Of a stretch of DNA of 55,389 nucleotides, positions 39,840-49,219 are shown piece after piece. The notes under the pieces are model-generated. The model saw nothing but the letters and a program-made list of their open reading frames with translations. It made no database searches and had not been told where the DNA came from. The position numbers were made by a program, and so were the translations under genes. How positions within the stretch are numbered: position 1 is the stretch's first letter; each line of letters begins with the position of its first letter. The DNA is from Halocafeteria seosinensis (Eukaryota): assembly GCA_001687465.1 (NCBI GenBank), contig LVLI01000146.1, forward strand, positions 124,001-179,389, in the 5' to 3' direction.

Positions 39840-40359
39840 CTCCAAAAGCTGTGAGGAAAAGAGTTAATCTTCCAATGCGGGAAACATTTTTAGCTTTAGA
39901 GCAATATTTACGAGAAGTTACCTTTTCCGTTCGTCCACACGTGGGCCCCAAGCCGACTAGGTGTTCCTAACCAAGGGCACTGAGTCCGAACAGGGTCTCC
40001 TGAATTCGGTTTCGTAGCAAGCGTGGGAGACTGGTCTCACCCGAAAAGAGCCGGTCACTAACCAAGGGACAAACGGCTAACTAAACCCCGTGGCTCTTGA
40101 CACACCCTCCAGATTTTGTGGGCACACAATATAAGAGGATCTCCACCTGTTCGTTCTGACCGAGCGCCAGGAAAATAGCGTTGTGGAGTAAAACCCGCCA
40201 TCTCATCACGAGCGTCGGGTGTGGCAGTCAACCGCGTTGAAGAGAACATTCTTGTGAAGGAAGCCACTGCTGTCATTGACACACTTGAATGGTAAGTGTA
40301 GCACAGCTGTCGTTAAGGTATTATTGTGGAATAAATACCGCCTTAAGATACTGCAGAAT

Positions 40360-41355
40360 ATGGATGTGCTTGGGGAAATTTGCGCTGAAGAATACCAAGG
40401 AACCCGGCAAACTGCGGCAGCTGCCACCCACAAGCAACGAGCAGTTGCAAATCCAATATATCAGCATAATGGTCGTCCCGCTCCACTGTGGAAACAAACA
40501 CTGGATGAGACTGTAAAAGAGTTCGAATTGACCCCTGAGCGACGTCCCCAGAACGGAAACCTCCGGAGCGAAACCGCAAGCAGATTCGGGCACGACCTTG
40601 CTCCAGGTAACGATTGTAGTGCAGTTCTCGAGGAAAGGGATGCACACATAGGCATTCAAATGACTAATGCGCTTTGTCGGCTTGATAACCGCTACAGAAC
40701 ATCTAGTAGCGACTCTGTTGCTTTTGCGCCGCCCAAGCTACAGGAATGTCAACAGCACACTCGCAAGTCTCCTCGGCTTTGTCGAAGTGGCCTGTCAGAA
40801 CAAGCTGTCCCTCGTCAGGTTAGTGGAGACTCAGAAAGTTCCAATGGGTACGCTAGTAATCCTCCCCCTCGTGCTGAACTTCCTCGGAAACGATTCACTG
40901 AATATCAAACTCAGTTCTTGAGAAGCAAGTTTTTGAAACGGTGGTTTTACCCTTACTTCGAACAGGATGAAATGGAGGAGCTCGCAAATAAAATTGGTCT
41001 TCGGAAAAGTCAAGTGCATGATTGGATTCGGACTAACAGAGCAAGAAAGTGGAGAAATAATGTTCCGTCACATGTGTTCGAACTCGTGGAAGTTATTCGC
41101 CAGCAGCGATACAGTTTCTGGGTCACTAAGGAATGTTTTAGCTACGCATTCGGAGAACGCAAAGAAGTATCTAGTTTGCCCATTGATGCCACCCTCACGA
41201 TTGATTGCGAAACTTGCCGACAAAAGCACACCGAATTTTTGAAGGAGGCCAAAACTGGGTTGGACATGTTGCCTCCAATAATGCGCAAAGACATTCCATT
41301 CACATCGCATATTCCTGTAGCGCTTAGCTACTGCTTGATTGGACTGTCTAGATAG
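40360..41355 (+). CDS. Divergent TALE-class homeodomain protein
   Basis: RKRFTEYQTQFLRSKFLKRWFYPYFEQDEMEELANKIGLRKSQVHDWIRTNRARKW: F8, L16, F20, a three-residue loop extension before PY, L40, V45, W48, R53. Confidence 0.8.
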   Translation: MDVLGEICAEEYQGTRQTAAAATHKQRAVANPIYQHNGRPAPLWKQTLDETVKEFELTPERRPQNGNLRSETASRFGHDLAPGNDCSAVLEERDAHIGIQMTNALCRLDNRYRTSSSDSVAFAPPKLQECQQHTRKSPRLCRSGLSEQAVPRQVSGDSESSNGYASNPPPRAELPRKRFTEYQTQFLRSKFLKRWFYPYFEQDEMEELANKIGLRKSQVHDWIRTNRARKWRNNVPSHVFELVEVIRQQRYSFWVTKECFSYAFGERKEVSSLPIDATLTIDCETCRQKHTEFLKEAKTGLDMLPPIMRKDIPFTSHIPVALSYCLIGLSR

Positions 41356-41847
41356 TATTTGCTCACTATGGATATGGGATGTAACTTGGCTGATGAGATA
41401 TTTCTTCCATCGAATTGGAACGGGGAAGTACAACCGTGTGTGTGTATGTGGAAAGTACAGAGTTATAACTAGGATGTTGGTATGTTGTGTTATGGAGGTC
41501 ACCAAAAAATTCGAATGAAACACCCTTCTGCATTTGGTCACTGTCACACGATTATCCTCCTTCTTATTTTGAATGCAAGAGTTGACTTTGTGCAACCAGG
41601 CCCTCCAGGGATTCGGTCATTGCAGAATTTTGGCGCACTGGCGACTTCACAATGCTCTTTCGGGCCTTCATTTGGTGCACTCAGTTTATGTGGTGTCTTT
41701 ATAAGTTGCTCATTCGTTGGTAGTATTTAAGATGATCTTACTGATGGAGCGAAATGCGCCGTAGGAAGGGAGGAATATGAAAAATGCGGCTATGGCAGCC
41801 TCCATTTGCGACTTGAAAAATGTATATGTGAGCTCCATGTGACCACA

Positions 41848-44076
41848 ATGAAGCCTACAATGGGCCCATCTTCCCGTACGTTCGGGTACAAGCCCTCGAT
41901 GGCGCCTCAAGACGACAGGGAATTCTATGCAAGGATCTCGAACAAAGAGTACTCGTATCACAATCGGATCCCGGTGCCGGTTAACGCTGAATTTCGTTAC
42001 GCGATTCCTCCATCTAGTGACGATGCCAGCACATTAACCCAAGCTTCCGTGGCCGAGCATGTTGCTGATTCTGTCTCCAGAGCTGTATCCGTACTCCAAA
42101 AGAATCGGCATAGTCTTGCGCCTCAAAGGACGATCCAAACGTATTCAACTCCAACAGAAAGGAATCATGCTTTCCCTGAGGAAGTAGGAACATCGCCAAC
42201 GTCGACAACGGTATCAGACGAAGTTACTCTCGGCCAGCAGTCAACGAAATCTTTTCGAGAATCTGAATCGGGAAGAAAAAAGGAGGGTAGAGCAACAGAC
42301 AGAAGCATGCTGCGTCAGACGTCAAACCGAGCAGACATCAATGGCAGTGATCTCGAATCGTGGAAGCAAGAGGCTGACGAGTTCCTTAGAATGGCAAAGA
42401 AGTCTATTCATGGCCTCTCACATATGTTTGCTGCATACAGTGACGAATTCAGAAAACAAAAAGATAATAAAGTGCTGCATTCTCTGGTGCAGTCGATTGA
42501 CTTTCTCCGCGAGCAAGCCCAACTTATGGTGAAATTGGCTCCTTCCGCTAAGAGGGACACGCATTTCTTCGTTGCCCACGAATCAGATGGCGCGACAAAG
42601 AAGGAGTACCTCAGTCTCGATGAGAACCTTGGTAGAACACCAGAGGAATGTCATCCTCGCATCCAAGAATTGGACCGGTTGGAACACGTACTAACCGCAC
42701 TCACCGACTTCTCCAACCAGGGCACTAATTTTTTTACCTGTTTTAGTCGAGATACTCAACAATTGGGCAAAACGTCAGTGCTGAGTAATGGTGCAAGTAG
42801 GGACCATGCGCATTCAGCTCCGTCAATGGAGGAACCCTTTCGGTCACTGTCAGTCTGTCATTCGACGTCGTTCACCAATACCCCGGGTAGTACTAGTGTT
42901 TCAGATACTTCGGGAAAAACTACAGCCGGGGAAAAAATTGGGAATTCCGGAAGAGTTGGTGCAACGGACGCTGCAGTGGAGTTACTCGAAGAGGATCTTC
43001 AGCTCCTGCAGAATTACAACGAATCCAAACAGCGAGCAGCAACGGGTACAAATAGCAAGTATGTATCGCACCATGCAACCAATGTAAAGGGATATGAGGG
43101 CCTGGAGGGCATTTCCTACCCTGATGCATCGATTTACACTAATACGACTGGCTCTTACGTGATTGAGGAGAACGAGGGGAGACAAGAGAATGACTTGAAG
43201 CAGGAAATTCATTCGAAGGAAAAGTTCGGCACTGTAAGTGAAATGATTACGAAAGCAGGAGGGAGAGTTAAAGTGGAGAAACTGCACAAACAAATTACTC
43301 ATCGCACGCGTGAAACGCTAGAGATGATTTCGCAAGATATGGAAGAACTTCGCCACGAGCTAAGTCGTACACATAGCAAGGACAGAGTCGAAAAAACCTT
43401 ATCTGTGTCACTCAGTGATTCATCGAGCAGCACATCTACACTCGCTCATTCGGACGATGCGGATGGTGTTCGTGATGGCCCTTCAGACAGCAGACGTGAT
43501 CATATCGCTGGGGATCACGACCTAGGTCTTGGAGGACTAAGGATCACGAAGGCCGAATCTGCGGAGTACCCGGGTAATTATGGAGAGCAGCCGACAGCGG
43601 CTAATCATGGGCGAGGTAGTGTCAGTGCGGGGGGTCAACGGAACAGAAGAATGACTCGCAATTCTATCATGGAGAGCACGGACGGGCTAGCCCTCGCTGA
43701 ACAAGAGCTTGATGGATTAATAGACACAGCAGGTAGTAAGACAAATGTGACAAGCAATGGACCGATGTATAGCGTAGGTTCCGCAGGAGTGTCTTCGTAT
43801 CAGGGACAAGAACTACCTCATCATGGTACCGCGGCTAGTCCGCAGGTGAAACCGTCGAGAGGCATGACATATCGTTGGACCAAAGACGCCTTGAGGCGAT
43901 CCTTGTCAGTGAAGTATACCCAGCTACAACATTATGCATACAATGCAGGTTTATCTCGAGGCGCACATTCGTCTGCACGAGATACTTCGACCATGCTGAA
44001 CCCAGGCTCCGGAATCCAGGGGATTGCTCGAAGCCGTGGGACAAGGTCAAAGCCAGGTGATCCTCGATGGAGATAA
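41848..44076 (+). CDS. ~740-aa Ser/Thr-rich protein with short coiled-coil segments, unknown function
   Basis: Uninterrupted 2.2-kb ORF with host-like composition; no recognisable domain. Confidence 0.65.
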   Translation: MKPTMGPSSRTFGYKPSMAPQDDREFYARISNKEYSYHNRIPVPVNAEFRYAIPPSSDDASTLTQASVAEHVADSVSRAVSVLQKNRHSLAPQRTIQTYSTPTERNHAFPEEVGTSPTSTTVSDEVTLGQQSTKSFRESESGRKKEGRATDRSMLRQTSNRADINGSDLESWKQEADEFLRMAKKSIHGLSHMFAAYSDEFRKQKDNKVLHSLVQSIDFLREQAQLMVKLAPSAKRDTHFFVAHESDGATKKEYLSLDENLGRTPEECHPRIQELDRLEHVLTALTDFSNQGTNFFTCFSRDTQQLGKTSVLSNGASRDHAHSAPSMEEPFRSLSVCHSTSFTNTPGSTSVSDTSGKTTAGEKIGNSGRVGATDAAVELLEEDLQLLQNYNESKQRAATGTNSKYVSHHATNVKGYEGLEGISYPDASIYTNTTGSYVIEENEGRQENDLKQEIHSKEKFGTVSEMITKAGGRVKVEKLHKQITHRTRETLEMISQDMEELRHELSRTHSKDRVEKTLSVSLSDSSSSTSTLAHSDDADGVRDGPSDSRRDHIAGDHDLGLGGLRITKAESAEYPGNYGEQPTAANHGRGSVSAGGQRNRRMTRNSIMESTDGLALAEQELDGLIDTAGSKTNVTSNGPMYSVGSAGVSSYQGQELPHHGTAASPQVKPSRGMTYRWTKDALRRSLSVKYTQLQHYAYNAGLSRGAHSSARDTSTMLNPGSGIQGIARSRGTRSKPGDPRWR

Positions 44077-44089
44077 ACACGCGTTTCAC

Positions 44090-45283
44090 CTAGTTACTTT
44101 CGACTTTGTCGACGAATGTAGACAACGTTTTTACGAAACCCTGAGGATTTTCGGCGTGCACCCAGTGCCCAGCATTGGGAATCGTCTCCAGCTGCATCTC
44201 GGGGAATATTTCTTTAATTGTGGGAACATGAGCGTCCTGCACGTAGTCGCTAGTGGCTCCTCTGATGAATAGTGTCGGGATTGAGGTAGATCCATTCTCT
44301 GGAGACGAATGCAGAAACAACGAGTGAGTGTTAGGAAGTAAGGGAACGGAGTATGATGAGAACGTTACACGCTTAGCTTACCGTTAAAGCCAGATAAATC
44401 ATTCAAAGACTCAGCAATCACCTTCGTATTGACTCGCCATTGAAATCCGAGACCGTCATCGCTGCGCACAAGGTTTTGAAGAAGAAATCCTCGAATTCCT
44501 TGCTGCTGCTGGTGGGCCAGGAACGACAGAGTAAAACGAATGGAATCTAATACGAATCTGACAGCAGATTAAATAGTCCGTACAATTTCATTTTCCTTCA
44601 GATAATTATCAATGTCCTTTCGAGAAGTCGCTTGGGATACAGGAGCATTATGAACCAACTGCACAATGTGCTGAATCATGCCCCACTGAGTGCTACTAGC
44701 GTTCTCTCTGTAAGTGACAGGAGCAATATCGACGACGGTCAGCGACTTGAAAATTTCCGGGTGTGTGAGTGCGAGCATCATGGCTACTTTACCGCCCTGT
44801 AATTGGACACAATTACGCAGCGCATCGTGTAATAATGCTTCTCAAGAGTTCCACGATCGGGAAAATGCTTCAGCTTTCATTTCGCCGTGGGGAAACACGT
44901 ACCAATGAATGCCCGACAAGGTGAATCGGTTCCAATGCATGCGCTTTAATCTCGTGGTACACATCGGCGCTCATCTCCTCAAGCGTCATAGTGTTAGCAT
45001 GGGGACTCAGACCATGATTTCGGAGGTCCGGAAGCGCTATTCTCCTCCCTTTTGCGAGCGCTTCATGCCGCGCAATGGAGCGAAAATTGGACGCTGACCC
45101 CATAAGACCATGAAGAATCATCATTGGGTGTTTATGCTCCTGAGGGCCATCTTGCGGGTCGTACGAAACCACATTCAGGCCGCGGGCGAGTGCTGCAAAG
45201 TAGTGTCTCTGTCCCTGTATGGGTTGTTTTAGCGCTAATAGACGGCTATTCCGTCCCAATAATGAAGTGTATACCCCTACCAT
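44090..45283 (-). CDS. Alpha/beta hydrolase, ABHD11/YbfF-like esterase with a likely mitochondrial presequence, multi-exon
   Basis: ILHGLMGSASNF, DLRNHGLSPH, VGHSL|GGKVAM (GxSxG split by an intron), VVDIAP, AGHWVHAENP. Confidence 0.92.
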
Positions 45284-45345
45284 AGTGTTGAATAAACTAT
45301 ATATTGTCTACTCTATCTAACCTAGTCACTGTAATAGCTCTAAAA

Positions 45346-46700
45346 ATGGCGTCAGAAGAGCTCAACGGAGCTCCTTCAGATCACGCGGATAATGAGGCTC
45401 TTCCCGTGGTTTTCCCTTCGATAAAAAACATACCATGGAGTGAAAAAGAGAAATGCCGCTTTTCTCATTGGTATCCTCAATTTCGGGACATGACCATCAA
45501 ATCGACCATGGTACCACTCCCCCAAGACTTCGTGGACTACTTGAAACGAGATAAATTAGTGGCTCCTAAACCGAGTATTTGGCCCCTTCACCCGCATGAC
45601 CCGCGTGTTCCCCTCTACGGGGAAGAGGGTGAGGAGGAGGACGACGATGACTCCTCGCTGGAATCGCTCCAACGGCAACAGGAAGAGAGACGAAGCAGAG
45701 AGAATGGTCACCCCCGAAGGAGCAGCAGTAGTAGTGACAGTGAGGCAGGAGAAGCTGATAGTGAGCCTCCGACTTTTCCTGAGCTGGAAAATTCGATTCA
45801 ATCCATGCTCGATGAAATGGGACCTTGTTTTGCCAAATTGGATTGGAGTTCGTGTCAAGATGCTTCATGGGTCTCTGGCACGTCCAAGATAGAAACTATT
45901 GGTGACGCGTTTCTGCTCTTGCAATCCTCCACGACTATTCATGACGATATTCGAACAATGTAAGTTGAATTCTCGTCCCTGAATCCACTTTCAAGTTATC
46001 TTTACGCGAAATTAATGAGTACGACTGTGTACAGCGAGCAGGAAGCACCAACAGAGACGCCTTGTCAATTGGTGTTTCGGAAATGGAGAAATTTGTACCC
46101 CTCGCAAGAATTTCGGCTTTTTGTAGTAAATGGAAACCTATTTGGTACGTACAAGCAGACGTTTCCCTAGGTTCTCATGTATTAAAGCTCTTTTTTGTTA
46201 CTGCGACAGCTATATCTCAAAGGAATTATACCGAATATTATGAGCATCTACAAGATGAGGATACTCAGAAGCACCTGGCTAGCTTGATATCTAGTTGGTT
46301 TTTGCAAGAAATTGCACCGAACCAAACGTTAAATCAATGTAAGTTTCACCGAACCGACGAAAGAATATCGATGACCTTTCTCAAGGCGCGTGGCCAAGTG
46401 CATGCAGATACGGTGGACATATACATAGATCGAAAAGAGCGGATTTGGGTTCTCGACTTTTCCAACTTGTGTTCCGAGACGAAAACACTGCTGTTCGACA
46501 TAAGCGAGCTGAACCCATCAATTACCCCCCTCGTGCCTACTTTAGAGCATGGAGGCGTGTATATTCGTGTAACTTCCGGAGACAGCATTAGGCCGTCCGA
46601 GCTTACTCAGGCTTCTCTACCGTCAGACCTGCAGCACTTACGCAATGTATCAGATTTAGAAACATTCCTAAACGATGTCAAGGCATCAGAAACGGGATGA
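45346..46700 (+). CDS. CDC123: CDC123/D123 ATP-grasp eIF2 assembly factor, multi-exon
   Basis: CRFSHWYPQF...PLPQDFVDYL, FAKLDWSSCQDASW, FLLLQSS, LVFRKWRNLYPSQEFRLFV, AISQR, VDIYIDR...WVLDF. Confidence 0.9.
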
Positions 46701-46738
46701 GTTGAAAGAGATCCAGACAGCCACCATTGAGAAACCGA

Positions 46739-48243
46739 TCAAGACCATAGCTTCTTAGCGTTCTCTTGGAACATGGTGTAGTACTTCTGGTGTAAACTGC
46801 TTGCGGACTCGGGCACGTAATCTAGAGGGAAAGAATCGAACTCATCGACGGCATCTAAGAGCGCAGGGTTTCTCTCGACGAGTTTGAAGATTATATTACT
46901 ATTGTCATCAGAGGCCCAGCACGCTGAATGGATAAAGCGATTGGTATGATGGTTACGGCAATCACTGCAGTGGCATTACTTACCATCATGCAAGGGGGTT
47001 CTGCCGTTTTCATCACAGACGTTGTACCAGACCCCATTGTCCAGCAGAAATCGGGCAATTGGGCTTGCACGGCGCTTGCACGCCCGATGCAACAGCTGCA
47101 AAACGGTTCAATGTAAAACGCGATAAATCTGTGATATGGAGTCTCACTCACAGTTTGCCCCGCGTTGTCTGGTAAGTTTAACATCAGTTGTGCGGAAGGA
47201 TTAGTCCGCACAAATTCTTGAAATACGTCGATTCTCATTGTTTCGATGCCTTCGACGAGCTTTGAATACCATTTTGGCAATTCGAAGTGGTTGTCTTTAC
47301 ACCAAGCAAGAGACAGGTCAAAATCCGACTCTCCAAAGATCTCCTCCTTTGTCTTCTTGGCTCCCTCGAGTGCATTATCGAAAGCCACCAACGAGGACCA
47401 ACCTTCTCGTAGAGGGGAGAACCTACGAATTTCACCTTGATGATACTGTTGCAAGGTTTGAACAGCTGGTCGGCAGCGTATGAACTCTATGTCCGTCTCT
47501 GCGATAGTTTCCGGCATAGTGACCAAGGCTTGTCGGTGCAGTTCTTCGCAGCTTCATAGCATCTTACCGCAATGCGGCGATCGGTTTTCTTGCTCAAGTT
47601 TCTTGTTCTCCGTCTTGTAAATAAATTTGGAGACCAGAAGAAATTCTAACATGGAAAGTTCTCTGTGAGTGCATGACCATGGTAACAGTGGACCATCAAC
47701 TTGTACCCCCTACTTGTAAGACACTCCTCACTCTTCCGGGTCGCCATCTTCCTGGCGCCAGCATCCTTTGTGTGGCCATTGTCGGCAATTCCGAATCACA
47801 GACTCAGCACGACTGGTTGCCTCTGATTTGATGCGCTCAAATTTTGGACCGCGATAGAATCCTCGAGGAGCCTTACCGTCTGTAGCTACAGTGTGCAAGT
47901 GAACGTGTTGGACGGCACGTAGTGGAATAACGCTGCAGAATCAGAGAATGTTACCTTCTTTGTTTTCCACTGTAATATTCGGATGAACACTCGAGGATTT
48001 GTCTCGCGTATACAAATTCAGCGCACTTAGCGCCTGCTCGGACAGAGGTACATGTCGCACCTCCTGGATAGCATCCGTGAACTTCGTTGACGGCTGGAGC
48101 TGCTCCAGTCGCTGGACCAATTCAGGAGCCGCATAGTGGTTCTGTTTCGCCTCTGTATTGCATGACTGGCCCTCAATATGAGATGGTGCAATGTTTGTCT
48201 CCGAAGAGCTGGGCTCTTTGCGGGTTGAAAATCCTTGTGCCAT
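46739..48243 (-). CDS. Multi-exon protein with C-terminal ankyrin-like repeats
   Basis: GT-AG introns (e.g. 47567-47499) link the 47941-48243 and 46891-47526 ORFs. C-terminal LPDNAGQT...DEDGRTPLHD.ACWA...LLDAVDEFDSFPLDY is ankyrin-like. Confidence 0.65.
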
Positions 48244-48782
48244 TATAGACAGATAGAGCCGGTGTTACGCGCGCCTCTTCACCAGGCTTTTGCGAACCAC
48301 TCGCGGTAACTACCGCACATGACACATGTAGTAACAGCAGCACAGATATGAATGCTCCTACAACCAAGAATAACTTGACGAGAATCAAAACAAAACTACA
48401 CAGGTACCCCTCATAACGATGCTGATCAGTGACAGCACCCGGGAGCGTGAGGTCCGCCCGTGTGGCCGACGACTCGGCGACGAGTCGGCGGCGACTCACA
48501 GAAAACAGAGCACAAAGTAGCCTACTCCCCATCCCCAGCGACCTCGCGCATTTGCAACCCTTCTTCATCGTTTCAAAACACGTGTTCACCGTCTTTCGGG
48601 TAAATGTGAAAATACCTGGTAACTCTGGTACATACGTGCCTCTTCTACCAGATGCTCTAGCATATCAGCTTATATCTGTAGGCAATGTTGGGAGGCCTTT
48701 CTCCAAATGCATTTTCACCGAGACGGTGTTTGCAGACAAAATCAGGTTGCATGGAGTCCATCTCAGAAGCTCAGATATTGCA

Positions 48783-49060
48783 TCAATCGATTCTCTTTCG
48801 GCAGTTTACATGCAAGATTCCATTTTCGTGTTGACCTTTTAGATAGGAAAAATTTTCTGAAATGTTGAACCCCGCAACCGAAATTCCCGAAATGTGGATT
48901 TGCCGTTGAAAAGTTCCAGAAATAGTGATTTTCACACGATAATCTTTTCTCCGAGAACGAGCGGATTTAATTCCACAAATACATGTATGGATTTTGCCCT
49001 GGTCCCAAAGGAATTGCGTACTGCCAGGTGTGGACTTCCAGAAGTAAACTAAAAATACGG
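48783..49060 (-). pseudogene. Possible HSP20/alpha-crystallin-like fragment
   Basis: SGTFQRQIHI...LKGQHENGILHVNCRK resembles the small-HSP C-terminal consensus (G.F.R...L...A...NGVL.I...K); no clean start found. Confidence 0.35.
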
Positions 49061-49116
49061 TATTCAAAAAATAAACCTTACGCACTTATTCAGACTCGAT
49101 GTACATTGGAAACAGC

Positions 49117-49168
49117 TATAGTAGGCGGTGGGCTATCTGTCACATATGTGTGTGTGTGTATAGTAGGC
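49117..49168 (+). mobile_element. 32-bp (TG)n-tailed insertion (49127-49158) flanked by the 10-bp direct repeat TATAGTAGGC
   Basis: Direct repeats at 49117-49126 and 49159-49168; near-identical to the 36205-36237 sequence. Confidence 0.7.
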
Positions 49169-49219
49169 CGCAGTAAACTTATCACCTACGAGTCATGCCC
49201 GTTCTACCTCGTCAATCGC

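Noticed and set aside
39586..40128. Hammerhead, HDV-like or twister ribozyme, or telomerase RNA
   Set aside because: Catalytic cores (CUGANGA/GAAA with correct stems, HDV P2, twister consensus) are incomplete, and there is no clean 1.5-repeat telomere template. Left as unassigned structured elements.
47728..47730. In-frame TGA as possible selenocysteine
   Set aside because: It lies within a plausible GTGAGG splice donor whose use restores the frame; no selenoprotein motif nearby.
36205..49158. 33-bp inverted repeat pair read as the TIRs of one 13-kb transposon or of the MULE
   Set aside because: Each copy has its own, different flanking direct repeat, so they are independent small insertions; the DNA between them is ordinary host genes.
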